Assembly: GCA_021791695.1 (NCBI GenBank)
Contig: JAJYWC010000005.1
Coordinates: 696 to 64,695 of the forward strand
Source: an archaeon
GTDB taxonomy: Archaea > Thermoproteota > Nitrososphaeria > Nitrososphaerales > Gagatemarchaeaceae
DNA: 64,000 bases
Reading direction: 5' to 3'
Within the stretch, counting starts at the first letter, position 1. The number at the start of each line of letters is the position of its first letter. The notes beneath the pieces are model-generated. The model had not been told where the DNA came from. It saw only the letters and a list, made by a program, of their open reading frames with translations, and did not search any database. Below, piece after piece: positions 29,667 through 39,156 of the stretch. A program made the position numbers and the translations under genes.

Positions 29667-30701
29667 ATGGGCATTCCGTTGTCCACGACCAAGACTGTCC
29701 AGATAGGAGTCATCGGTGTAGGTTCCATAGGCAAGGTCCACGCCCAGAACCTCGCGCGCCGCGTCCCAAACGCAACGCTCGCGGCGATAGCCGACGCCAA
29801 CAGGGCCGCAGCCGACAGTGTCGCCTCGCAGACCGGCGTCAAGCAGGTCTACACCGACTACAAGGAGATGCTTCGGAACAAGGACATCGAGGCGGTCGTG
29901 GTCGCCACGCCGACCTTCCTGAAACTCGAGGTCGTCAAGGCTGCAGCCGAGGCTGGCAAGCACATATTCTGCGAGAAGCCGATGGCGCTTACGCTGAAGG
30001 AGTGTGACGAGTTCATCCATACCTCCGAGAGGGCCGGGATAAAGTTCCAGGTCGGCTACCAGCGCAGGTTCGACCCGTCTTACATGAGGCTGAAGCAGTC
30101 CCTGGACGCCGGCCAGGTCGGGAAGATGCTTCTGCTAAGGTCGAACACTCGGGACCCGCCGCAGAAGGTATCCGGGTGGGCCGACCCCAAGGTCAGCGGG
30201 GGCATATTTCTCGACACGAGCAGCCACGACTACGACGTGATCCGGTGGCTGAGCGGGAGCGAAGCACAGAGCGTCATGGCTGACGGCATGACGACCGCAT
30301 ACCCGGAGCTGAAACAGCTCGGCGACGTCGACACGACGATGACGATAATCAGACTGGCCAACGGTGCACTCGCGCACGTGGATGCCTGCAGGGTCAGCGT
30401 CTACGGGTACGACGTCCGCGCGGAGGTAGTGGGGACCGAGGGGGCCGCGTTCATGGACATCGGAAGAGGTTCGGACGCCCACCTCCTGAAGAAGGATTGG
30501 GAGAGCAATGAGTTCTCCTACTGGTACCAGCAGAGGTTCGACGAAGCCTACAGGGGAGAACTCGAGGGATTCGCGGCGGCGGTGCTTTCGGACTCGAAAC
30601 CGAAGGTCACTGCGCGCGACGGGAGGGGCGCGGTGGAGATAGGGCTGGCCGCCCGGCTATCGATGGAGCAGCGCAGGGCGGTCTCACTACCGCTGGCGTA
30701 G
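29667..30701 (+). CDS. Gfo/Idh/MocA oxidoreductase, IolG-like (paralogue of 24022)
   Basis: GVGSIG, CEKP, GYQRRFD, RDP, GGIFLDTSSHDYD, YGYDVRAEV. Confidence 0.88.
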   Translation: MGIPLSTTKTVQIGVIGVGSIGKVHAQNLARRVPNATLAAIADANRAAADSVASQTGVKQVYTDYKEMLRNKDIEAVVVATPTFLKLEVVKAAAEAGKHIFCEKPMALTLKECDEFIHTSERAGIKFQVGYQRRFDPSYMRLKQSLDAGQVGKMLLLRSNTRDPPQKVSGWADPKVSGGIFLDTSSHDYDVIRWLSGSEAQSVMADGMTTAYPELKQLGDVDTTMTIIRLANGALAHVDACRVSVYGYDVRAEVVGTEGAAFMDIGRGSDAHLLKKDWESNEFSYWYQQRFDEAYRGELEGFAAAVLSDSKPKVTARDGRGAVEIGLAARLSMEQRRAVSLPLA

Positions 30702-30708
30702 ACCACCC

Positions 30709-31830
30709 TTGGCAAGGCACACAGTAGGTCTTGTCGGAGGAGGACAGGTGGCAAGGGCCCACGTCATAGGTTTCGGGAACATACCCCTGTTCTACGGGCC
30801 GGAAAGGACCGCCGACGTGGTGATGGTCGCCGAGGCAACTGACGACCTCGCCTCTACGTCCGCGAAGCGCTTCGGGATCCCGCGCTGGACCTCGGACTGG
30901 CATGCGCTGGTCGGAGACCCCCGCGTCGAGATTGTCGATGTCCTAACCCCGACCTACCTCCACAAGGAGCCCGCCATCGAGGCGATGGAGAAGGGCAAGG
31001 CGGTGATATGCGAGAAGCCGCTCGCTGCGAAGGAGTCCGACGCCCGGGAGATGTATGAGGTAGCCAGGAGGACAGGGGCCCGGACACTGGTCGGCTTCAA
31101 CTACAGGAGGGTACCGGCGGTCACCCTCGCGAAGAGGATGATCGAGGACGGCAAGGTCGGTAAGGTCCAGCACGTCAGGTCGCACTTCATGGAGGACTGG
31201 GGAGGGCCCGGCTTTCCGCTTACCTGGCGCTTCAGGTCCTCGCAGGCGGGCGCGGGTGCCCTCGCCGACCTCGGGTCTCACTCGCTGGATATGGTCCGCT
31301 ACCTCGCGGGAGAGCCGACCGAGGTGTGCGGCATCGCTGCGAACTTCGTTCCGACTCGAAGCCTACCCGGTCAGTCGGAGAGGCTCCCGTCCGACGTCGA
31401 CGACGTGAGCGTCGTGATGCTGCGTGTCGCGGGAGGTGCGGTTGCGGAGGTGAGCGCCTCTTGGGTCTCTCCGGGGAGAAAGGTCCAGCTGGACTTCGAG
31501 GTCCAGGGAAGCGAGGGAACCCTCTACTTCACAATGGAGAGGCCGAACGAACTGAACTACTACTCGGCCCGGGACCCAAAGGGAGAGCAAGGCTTCAGGC
31601 AGGTGTACTTCGGTCCGGCGCACCAGTACGGGAGCTCGCTGATCTTCGGCACACCCACCATGGGTACGGGGTACGTCGACTCCATGGTGAACCAGATGAA
31701 CGACTTCCTCGGCTGCGTGGAGGCTGGGCAGGAATGCTCCCCTTCGTTCGCTGACGGCTGGAGGGTCAGCAGGCTCATCTCGGCCATACTCGAGTCCTCC
31801 TCGAAGAAGTCCTGGGTCTCCGTCGGATGA
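30709..31830 (+). CDS. Gfo/Idh/MocA oxidoreductase, levoglucosan-dehydrogenase-like
   Basis: GFNYRRVPAV, WRF..AGAGALADLGSH, DVDD, GFRQVYFGPAHQYG, SPSFADG. Confidence 0.85.
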   Translation: MARHTVGLVGGGQVARAHVIGFGNIPLFYGPERTADVVMVAEATDDLASTSAKRFGIPRWTSDWHALVGDPRVEIVDVLTPTYLHKEPAIEAMEKGKAVICEKPLAAKESDAREMYEVARRTGARTLVGFNYRRVPAVTLAKRMIEDGKVGKVQHVRSHFMEDWGGPGFPLTWRFRSSQAGAGALADLGSHSLDMVRYLAGEPTEVCGIAANFVPTRSLPGQSERLPSDVDDVSVVMLRVAGGAVAEVSASWVSPGRKVQLDFEVQGSEGTLYFTMERPNELNYYSARDPKGEQGFRQVYFGPAHQYGSSLIFGTPTMGTGYVDSMVNQMNDFLGCVEAGQECSPSFADGWRVSRLISAILESSSKKSWVSVG

Positions 31831-31834
31831 GCGT

Positions 31835-32764
31835 TCAGCCCCCTAGATACAGAAGGGTCAGTACGCCTCCGAGCAGCATCGCTATCCCGGCCACATGGTT
31901 CCAGTCCAGCTTCTCCCTGAGGAACGCTACCGCCAGGAGGACGGTGAATGCCGCTGACATCCCGCTGAAGGTGGCCAGTATTGGCACCGCGTCGGGAGCC
32001 GCCGAGATGATCGCTCCGAGGCTGAAGAGAATCGCGCCGGCGGCTTCAAGGGCCGACATCACACACAGCTTCGGCAGCGTACCACCGAAGACCGGCTTCA
32101 CGTCTTCCTTGAGCAAGGGCGCCAGACCGAGGCCAAGCCCGGCGGCCCCGAGCCTTATTGCGATGGCGGGAAGGAGGAACCCGAAGGTCTCCGTCGCGAA
32201 CCCGAACGCGGTCCATCCGGCGCCGAAGAATATCATCGCCACGATTGCCCATCCGACGCCAGGTGCGGGCCCCTTCCCCGGCCCGAAGACGCTCCGCCTG
32301 AGGGAGGAGATGTTCGTGGAGACCAGCGTTATCCCGATTACGACTACGAGCAGTGCCGCCCCCGAACCGAGCGAGAAGGATGCACCTATGAGAAGGACCG
32401 AGAGCACCGCAGAGAACGCAGGGTAGGAGTTTGCTATCGGGGAGGTAATGGAGAGCATCCCCTTGCTGTAGGCCTTGTAGAGAGAGAGGTTCGAGACGTA
32501 CATCGACACAGCGATGAAGAGCACCAGGGAGACCGAGAGAAGCGAGAAGTCGAAGCTCGACCGGAGTATGAATCCCGGAAGGAGCGTGGCGACCCCGCCG
32601 ATGGCGAGCACGTACACGGTCGTCCTGTACGCACCGATCTTCCTCGTGACGCCCTTGGAGAGAAAGTCCGAGATACCGAACGAGAGGGAGATCAGGGCTC
32701 CGAGCCCGAAGACGACGACGTTCAAGCTATCAAATCGGACGAGGGCAGCCTGTCTCGCGACCAC
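31835..32764 (-). CDS. EamA/DMT-family transporter
   Basis: About 10 hydrophobic helices in two repeats, FLREKL near the C-terminus. Confidence 0.85.
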   Translation of the reverse strand: MVARQAALVRFDSLNVVVFGLGALISLSFGISDFLSKGVTRKIGAYRTTVYVLAIGGVATLLPGFILRSSFDFSLLSVSLVLFIAVSMYVSNLSLYKAYSKGMLSITSPIANSYPAFSAVLSVLLIGASFSLGSGAALLVVVIGITLVSTNISSLRRSVFGPGKGPAPGVGWAIVAMIFFGAGWTAFGFATETFGFLLPAIAIRLGAAGLGLGLAPLLKEDVKPVFGGTLPKLCVMSALEAAGAILFSLGAIISAAPDAVPILATFSGMSAAFTVLLAVAFLREKLDWNHVAGIAMLLGGVLTLLYLGG

Positions 32765-32839
32765 CTAGTAATTCCTTTTGGCCATTTTTTCGCTGCTACG
32801 CCAAGGATAAATAATCCTAAATCGCATCGCCGCGGCTAG

Positions 32840-34792
32840 ATGCAACTCGGCTCCGAGCGGAAGGCGGTCGGAAAAACTGTTGTAGCTGCTGTTATCGTGA
32901 TCGTCCTGGTGGTCGCTGCCGCGGCCGGAGTGTACTATTACACTACTCTGCCCAAGAGCTCTACCACGACTAGTAGTAGTAGTTCAGGGACGGCAACGAC
33001 CTCGTCGAGCGCGACGGTCAATACACTCACCATCGACGATGAGACGTGGCCAACGGGCAACCTTAACCAGCTAACTGCGATAGGGGCCATTCCGTATCCA
33101 GACTGGCTGGACTATACGGTCTACCAGTCCCTCGTCACCGTCAACGGCACGCAGCTCTACGACTCGGGGACCGTCCAGGTCGAGCCGATGCTTGCTAGCA
33201 GCTGGAACTCTTCCTCCAGCGGCACCAACTGGACCTTCTTCCTCCAGAAGGGCGTGACCTTCTCGAACGGCGACCCGTTCAACGCCTACCAGGTCTGGGG
33301 CGAGCTTTACGGATTCTACTACCTTAGCGGCAACAGCTCCGGGTGGGCCGTAGGGTACAACGTCTTCAACATGAACACAGCCAACTTCGGACCGAGCACG
33401 CTTGCGCTGATGGGTTCCACGAAGACTCAGATGATAACCCCCACCGCCCAGCTCATGGCCATCATGACGAACAAGTCGTGGCCGATCTACGTCGTCAACG
33501 CGAACGAGATAGGCTTCAACCTGAAGGCGAACTTCCAGTACTTCCCCCAGATGTGGGTCCAGTTCACCGGGCTGATGTTCGACACCCAGTACGTCCTGAA
33601 CAACGGCGGATTCGGCACCCCGGTCTCCTTCAATCAGGCGTTCAACAACAACCCGATTCCTGGGACCGGCCCGTATGTAGTGACGAACGTCGCGGTGAAC
33701 TCTCAGGTCTCGTTCACCCAGAACCCAACCTACTGGGCGAAGAACTGGACTGCCTCCCAGATTAAGGCCAACCCCTACATGGACCCTGGCCACGTCAAGA
33801 ACGTGGTGATCACCGTGCAGGGTAACGACCTATCCAGGTACGTGGACCTTCACTCAGGCCAGGCCGATATCGCCCCGATACTGACGCAAGACTGGAGCAG
33901 CGTGGTCAACAACTCGCAGTACTCCTACTTTGTGATGCCGAACAGCGCGGCCAACATCGTCGGCATCGCGCTGAACACCCAGCGCTACCCGACCAACATC
34001 ACGGACTTCAGACTGGCGATCGCGCACGGGATCAACTACACGGCGATTGCTGACGCCGCGTTCCTGGCAAAGCAGGGAGGCGGTTTGACCCCCATGATGG
34101 GACCCGAATATCCGCCGTTCACCCAGCTTTACGACCTGGGCAATGTCCCTCCGTACCAGTATGACCCAACCCTCGCAATGCAGGAGCTGCAGGCCAGCGG
34201 CGTGAATACCGCGACTATGCCCACGATGCAGTTCGCAATCATCGACGGTTGCGGGGTCTGTCTCTCGACAGCCCAGATAGTGGTGCAGGACCTCACCTCG
34301 ATGGGCATCAAGGTTGCAGTGGACCAAGTCTCGCCCTCACAGTACGGGCCTCCGTTGGTCGCCGGGTCAGGGACCTATCAGCAGGAGGTCAACGAGTCCC
34401 AGTCGATCGTGAACATAATGTGGTTCGGCACAGCGACTTTCGCTCCGGACGAGCCCACCCCGGCTGACTCGTGGTTGACATGGGTCAGCAACGAGACATC
34501 CGCAAATAACTGGGCCATCTACTCGAACCCCGTCGTGCAGACATGTGTCAACGACCTCACAAACGGGACCCCCGAAGCAGCGCTGACGGCGGCCTGCACG
34601 GCGGCTCAGGCGCGGGTAGCTGCCGACGCTCCGTACATCTGGCTGGGCAGCGTCAAGCTGTTCTTCGGTGGCGGATCGATAGTGTGGAACAACGGCGTGG
34701 TGAAGAGCTTCCTGGCAGACCCGGTCTTCAGCGGCCAGTCCGCCACTGCGATCTTCAACACTGTCCAGTTCACCAACGGACAGGACCAGTAG
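32840..34792 (+). CDS. Family 5 (OppA/DppA-like) ABC substrate-binding protein, membrane anchored
   Basis: Class III-like signal (RKA/VG + hydrophobic helix), Ser/Thr linker, VYQSLV, PMLASSW, GVTFSNGDPFNA, GTGPY, NPTYW. Confidence 0.88.
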   Translation: MQLGSERKAVGKTVVAAVIVIVLVVAAAAGVYYYTTLPKSSTTTSSSSSGTATTSSSATVNTLTIDDETWPTGNLNQLTAIGAIPYPDWLDYTVYQSLVTVNGTQLYDSGTVQVEPMLASSWNSSSSGTNWTFFLQKGVTFSNGDPFNAYQVWGELYGFYYLSGNSSGWAVGYNVFNMNTANFGPSTLALMGSTKTQMITPTAQLMAIMTNKSWPIYVVNANEIGFNLKANFQYFPQMWVQFTGLMFDTQYVLNNGGFGTPVSFNQAFNNNPIPGTGPYVVTNVAVNSQVSFTQNPTYWAKNWTASQIKANPYMDPGHVKNVVITVQGNDLSRYVDLHSGQADIAPILTQDWSSVVNNSQYSYFVMPNSAANIVGIALNTQRYPTNITDFRLAIAHGINYTAIADAAFLAKQGGGLTPMMGPEYPPFTQLYDLGNVPPYQYDPTLAMQELQASGVNTATMPTMQFAIIDGCGVCLSTAQIVVQDLTSMGIKVAVDQVSPSQYGPPLVAGSGTYQQEVNESQSIVNIMWFGTATFAPDEPTPADSWLTWVSNETSANNWAIYSNPVVQTCVNDLTNGTPEAALTAACTAAQARVAADAPYIWLGSVKLFFGGGSIVWNNGVVKSFLADPVFSGQSATAIFNTVQFTNGQDQ

Positions 34793-34885
34793 ACGCGCTG
34801 CCGCATCACTCCGGCAGCGCCTCACGGTTTTCCCGCCTGGCCTCGTCAGGCTTAAGTATGAAGCATCGATGAAGCGGGCGATCCG

Positions 34886-36067
34886 ATGAAGATAGTGGAC
34901 ATCCAGAGCACGATAGTCGAGGGGAACTTCGACTGGATAGTAGTCAAGGTCTACACTGATCAGGGAGTACACGGGCTTGGAGAGATTTACGCGGGGACCT
35001 CCGGCGGGAGGATGCTCGACCTGCTGCGGCCCTTTATCATGGGCGAGGACCCCCTCGACGTGGACAGGCTCTACTGGAAGATGTACTCTGCGTTCCAGAG
35101 GGAGCTGGGTGCCTCCCTCCTTGCGGCGATAAGCGGGGTGGAGACCGCACTCTGGGACATAGCCGGGAAGGAGATGGGCGTCCCCGTCTACCGTCTGCTA
35201 GGCGGCAAATACCGTGATTCGGTCAGGGTGTATGCAGACTGCGCCGCCGGCGAGGGCGACGAGGGCAAAAAGGAGGAGGAAGTTCGTCTCGGTCCCGTGG
35301 TCCTCAAGGGGGTGCACACGCCCGAGGCCTACGCGGCCAAGGCCGTGAAGGTGAAGGCTCAGGGCTTCGACGCGATCAAGTTCGACCTCGACCTCCCCGA
35401 CCGCTACAAGCAGGACAGGTACAACGGCTCGATCGGTAACGAGGAGATGAACCTGAAGGTGAAGCTGGTCGAGAGCGTGAGGGAGGCCGTTGGAGGCAAC
35501 GTCGACGTGGCCGTGGACTGCCACTGGCAGTACAACGTGAAGGACGCTATCAGACTGGCGAAGAAGCTCGAGCCATACGACCTGTTGTGGTTCGAGGACC
35601 CCATCCACTCAGAGAACGTCGACGCTATGGCGAAGGTCTCACGGGCGAGCCCCATACCTGTCTGTACTGGCGAACACAGGGTGTCGCGGCACGGCTTCCG
35701 TGACCTCATCGAGAAGCAGGCCGCTGACATACTCTCTCCTGACGTCCAGAAGGCTGGCGGCATCCTCGAGACAAAGAAGATAGCAGACCACGCCGACCAG
35801 TACTACATTCCACTCGCCCCTCACAACATAGCCAGTCCGGTCGGCACGATGGCGGCAGCACAGGCGTGCGCGACCTTCCCTAACTTCCTCGTCCTCGAGT
35901 ACCACTCCAACGACATCCCGTGGTGGAACAGTCTCGTGAAGTCCTCCGGCGGTCCTCTCGTCAAGGGAGGAAGGATAACCCTGCCCTCGACGCCGGGCCT
36001 CGGCATCGAGCTCGACCCCGAGGCGGTCGAGAAGCACCTGAAGAAGGGCGCAAAGCTCCTGGCCTAA
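34886..36067 (+). CDS. Mandelate racemase/enolase-superfamily sugar-acid dehydratase (gluconate/xylonate dehydratase-like)
   Basis: EGNFDW, ALWDIAGK, KFDLD, DCHW, WFEDP, TGE, PHN, LEYH. Confidence 0.88.
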   Translation: MKIVDIQSTIVEGNFDWIVVKVYTDQGVHGLGEIYAGTSGGRMLDLLRPFIMGEDPLDVDRLYWKMYSAFQRELGASLLAAISGVETALWDIAGKEMGVPVYRLLGGKYRDSVRVYADCAAGEGDEGKKEEEVRLGPVVLKGVHTPEAYAAKAVKVKAQGFDAIKFDLDLPDRYKQDRYNGSIGNEEMNLKVKLVESVREAVGGNVDVAVDCHWQYNVKDAIRLAKKLEPYDLLWFEDPIHSENVDAMAKVSRASPIPVCTGEHRVSRHGFRDLIEKQAADILSPDVQKAGGILETKKIADHADQYYIPLAPHNIASPVGTMAAAQACATFPNFLVLEYHSNDIPWWNSLVKSSGGPLVKGGRITLPSTPGLGIELDPEAVEKHLKKGAKLLA

Positions 36068-36072
36068 AACCC

Positions 36073-37152
36073 TCAGCTCATCTTTCCGCGCGCGAGTACA
36101 GGGAAGACCTTCTCCACCCTCTCTCCGCGTATGCCGTAGATCTTCTCGTGCTGGTTCACCATAGTGCAGCAGTGGGCGGGGACAAACCTCATCCTGTCGC
36201 CTATCTTCAGCTTCCTGGCATCTCCCGTCAGATGGAGCCATCCGTGCTCCTCGGAGAAGTGCTCCATGACCGCGCCCTTCTCCTCGAAGGCCATCGGGAA
36301 GCGGCCCGTGTCGAAGTTGAACGCCTTTGAACCTGCGTCCACGACCGCCCTGTCTTCGGTCGGCTTGCTCATCACCGTCGCGACCAGCGTCAGTGCCAGG
36401 TCGTCCCAGGTCGCCACGCCCCTCTCGACCAGCACGTGGTCGTTGAAGACGTACATCCCGGGCTGTACCTCGGTCACATCCGGGTGTCTCGCGTTTATCC
36501 AGGTGCTCACCGATGAGCCCACGCTGACCACGTCGACCGCCAGCCCCTTCTTCTTAATGCCCCGCTTGGCCGCAGACATCGACCTCATCGCTGCGGCCGA
36601 CTCTCCGACCTGCTCCTTCTTCGTCTTCGCGCCGTTTACCTGCCCCTCGTACCCCATAAGCCCCCTGAAGACCAGGTTGTTCTCTCTCGCCACCTGCTGG
36701 GCCAGAGCAGGGGCGTGCTTCGCCGCAATGCCGCACCTCTTCATCCCCACGTCTACGTCGACGTACACGTCCGCCTCCGAACCGACCTCTCGGAAGACCT
36801 TCCCCATGAGCCTGGCAACCTCGATGTCGTCGACGGCCACGCCGATGTGCGTCTTCTCAGCGACCCGAGCTAGCCTCTCGATCTTCGAGGGGACAACTAT
36901 CTCGTTGGTCAGGAAGATGTCCTTTATCCCGCTCGCGGCGAAGACCTCGACCTCGCTCACCTTCTGGAGGCAGACCCCCGTAGAGCCAGCCGCGAGCTGC
37001 AGCTTCGCAATCTCGGGGCACTTGTGCGTCTTTACGTGGGGCCGCAGCTTCACTCCGCACTCCTTGGTGAATGTCACCATCCTCTTGATGTTCTTCTCGA
37101 GCCTGTCCAGGTCAACAACTATCGACGGCGTATCGAGGTCGTCCAGCTGCAT
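36073..37152 (-). CDS. DSD1/D-threonine aldolase-family PLP enzyme (alanine racemase fold)
   Basis: LDTP, LRPHVKTHK, RCG, YEG, PGMYVFND, DAGSK, SEEHG, PAHCC. Confidence 0.9.
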   Translation of the reverse strand: MQLDDLDTPSIVVDLDRLEKNIKRMVTFTKECGVKLRPHVKTHKCPEIAKLQLAAGSTGVCLQKVSEVEVFAASGIKDIFLTNEIVVPSKIERLARVAEKTHIGVAVDDIEVARLMGKVFREVGSEADVYVDVDVGMKRCGIAAKHAPALAQQVARENNLVFRGLMGYEGQVNGAKTKKEQVGESAAAMRSMSAAKRGIKKKGLAVDVVSVGSSVSTWINARHPDVTEVQPGMYVFNDHVLVERGVATWDDLALTLVATVMSKPTEDRAVVDAGSKAFNFDTGRFPMAFEEKGAVMEHFSEEHGWLHLTGDARKLKIGDRMRFVPAHCCTMVNQHEKIYGIRGERVEKVFPVLARGKMS

Positions 37153-37238
37153 GTGGGCACGTCATCGGCGGCCCTTTATTTGCAGTTCCCCGCGGCGCTT
37201 CACAACGCTTTTGTATCGTCAGCGAGTGGCATCACCGC

Positions 37239-38270
37239 TTGAAGTACGTCAAATTCGGATCTACCGGACTCACGGTTTCACAGTTTTGCCTCGGCGCTTG
37301 GCACCTTCCCGGGACGGGCGTCAAAGACCGCTTCGGTGTCGAGGAGGTCGACAAGGAGACCTTCGCGAAGGTCGTGGGAAAGGCCTACGACCTCGGCATA
37401 AACTTCATCGACGGCGCGAACAGATACCACGGCAGGATGTCGACCGCCGACCTCGACCACGTCGGCAACTCGGAGAAGCTCCTCGGCCAGGTACTGAAGG
37501 GCTACCCGAGGGAGAGCCTCGTGGTGGCGACCAAGGTCAGGGGTCCCATGGCGCCCTTCCCCAACGGTCAGGGGCTGTCGCGGAAGCACATCATGTGGCA
37601 GATCGGCGAGTCCCTCAGGCGGCTGGAGCTGGACTACGTCGACCTCTACCAGATACACTGGGAGGACGAGCTGACCCCGAAGATAGAGACGCTTAGGGCG
37701 CTGAACAACCTCGTCGACAGGGGGCTCGTCCGCTACATCGGCGAGAGCAACCACAACCCCGCTGGCGTGGTCGAGTTCATGGAGCTCGCCCAGCGATATG
37801 GGATGGAGGGGTTCGCGTCAATGCAGGAGCCCTACAACCTGCTCGAGCGCCAGAAGGAGTCGGAGACGCTCCCCGTCGCCAAGAAGTACGGGATGGCGGT
37901 GATGGCCTACGTCCCGATCGCGCAGGGTGTCCTCTCGGGCAAGTACCTTGGCGGCACCGAGAAGGGGAGCCGAGCAACCTACATCGCCCAGATGGCCAGC
38001 CAGTATTTCACTCCAGAGGTCAACGCCGCAGTCTCTTCGCTCGTGGCGATCGCCGGCGAGAAGGGTTGTACGCTCCCCCAGCTCGCGCTCGCGTGGATGC
38101 TTCACAAGCAGGAGCAGCTGGGCATCACAATCGTTCCCATCCTCGGGATAACCAAGATCTCCCACCTGGAGGACAACGTGGGCGCGCTCGACGTGAAGCT
38201 TAGCGGCGACGAGATGAAGAGGCTCGAGGAGATGGCTGCGACGGCGAAGATGGGCCCAGCGTCTTACTAG
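37239..38270 (+). CDS. Aldo/keto reductase
   Basis: GINFIDGANRY, ATKV, GLSRKHI, DYVDLYQIH, YNLLER, QLALAW. Confidence 0.92.
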   Translation: MKYVKFGSTGLTVSQFCLGAWHLPGTGVKDRFGVEEVDKETFAKVVGKAYDLGINFIDGANRYHGRMSTADLDHVGNSEKLLGQVLKGYPRESLVVATKVRGPMAPFPNGQGLSRKHIMWQIGESLRRLELDYVDLYQIHWEDELTPKIETLRALNNLVDRGLVRYIGESNHNPAGVVEFMELAQRYGMEGFASMQEPYNLLERQKESETLPVAKKYGMAVMAYVPIAQGVLSGKYLGGTEKGSRATYIAQMASQYFTPEVNAAVSSLVAIAGEKGCTLPQLALAWMLHKQEQLGITIVPILGITKISHLEDNVGALDVKLSGDEMKRLEEMAATAKMGPASY

Positions 38271-38323
38271 GCCTCCGGCACCAAAACGGCTATTTACCTA
38301 ACGGAGGGCTCGGCGGTCCCGGC

Positions 38324-39139
38324 TTGCAGCTCTCCATTAGCGAGAACGCCTGGTGGGGCACCGACGTCGACAGAGTGAAGGGCATCGAGGTGGCGAAGAA
38401 GTGCGGCTTCGACGAGTATTGCGCGTTCACCACCGACCTGACCCCCCAGCTGCGCAGGTCGATGAGGGAGGCCATGAGGGAGGCGAGACTCCCTTGCGGG
38501 AACATCACGGTCGTCGTGACCAGCCTCATCGACCTAAACGCGGACATCAGGCGGATGACCGTCGACTGGGCCAAGAGGCAGGTCGACATCGGTTATGACT
38601 TCGGGACGACCAAGATGATACTCGTCCCGGGTGAGTACGTCTGGGAGGGGCAGGAGGTCCCACCGAAGGTGCAGTGGGGCTGGGCCGTCGATGGCATAAG
38701 GGAGATTGCCGACTATGCAAACGACCTCGGGATACGGACGGGCCTCGAGTTCGAGACGCCGAAGTACAACATCATCAACTCGGTCGACAGCGTCGTGCGG
38801 ATGCTCGACGACATCGGCCGTCCGTACGTCCAGGGCAACACCGACTTCGTCCACATGTACGTGGTGGGGGACGGTCCGGAGGCCCTGAGGAAGCTCAGGG
38901 CGAGGCTGCTCAACGTCCACTTCGCGGACTGCAAGGGGAGGAATCACGCACACTGGCCGCCGGGTGCGGGGGTGGTCCCGCTCAGGGAATACCTCTCGGT
39001 GCTGAAGGAGATCGGTTACCAGGGTGCCATCCAGATGGAGCTCGAGTGGTCGCCCGAGCCCGCCAAGATAGTCGAGTGGGTCCAGGACGGCTACAACTCC
39101 ACCGCGAAGATGATGAAGGAACTGGGTATGAGGGACTGA
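38324..39139 (+). CDS. Sugar phosphate isomerase/epimerase (ketose 3-epimerase-like TIM barrel)
   Basis: Metal motif GLEFE..DFVHM..HFAD..PGAG..MELE. Confidence 0.82.
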   Translation: MQLSISENAWWGTDVDRVKGIEVAKKCGFDEYCAFTTDLTPQLRRSMREAMREARLPCGNITVVVTSLIDLNADIRRMTVDWAKRQVDIGYDFGTTKMILVPGEYVWEGQEVPPKVQWGWAVDGIREIADYANDLGIRTGLEFETPKYNIINSVDSVVRMLDDIGRPYVQGNTDFVHMYVVGDGPEALRKLRARLLNVHFADCKGRNHAHWPPGAGVVPLREYLSVLKEIGYQGAIQMELEWSPEPAKIVEWVQDGYNSTAKMMKELGMRD

Positions 39140-39156
39140 GCCCGGTAGATTCAGAG

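Noticed and set aside
38674..39156. Apparent N-terminal fusions in ORFs 38674-40185, 55078-56880 and 56896-58305
   Set aside because: The extensions overlap real genes in other frames; the true starts are downstream (39157, 55789, 57900).
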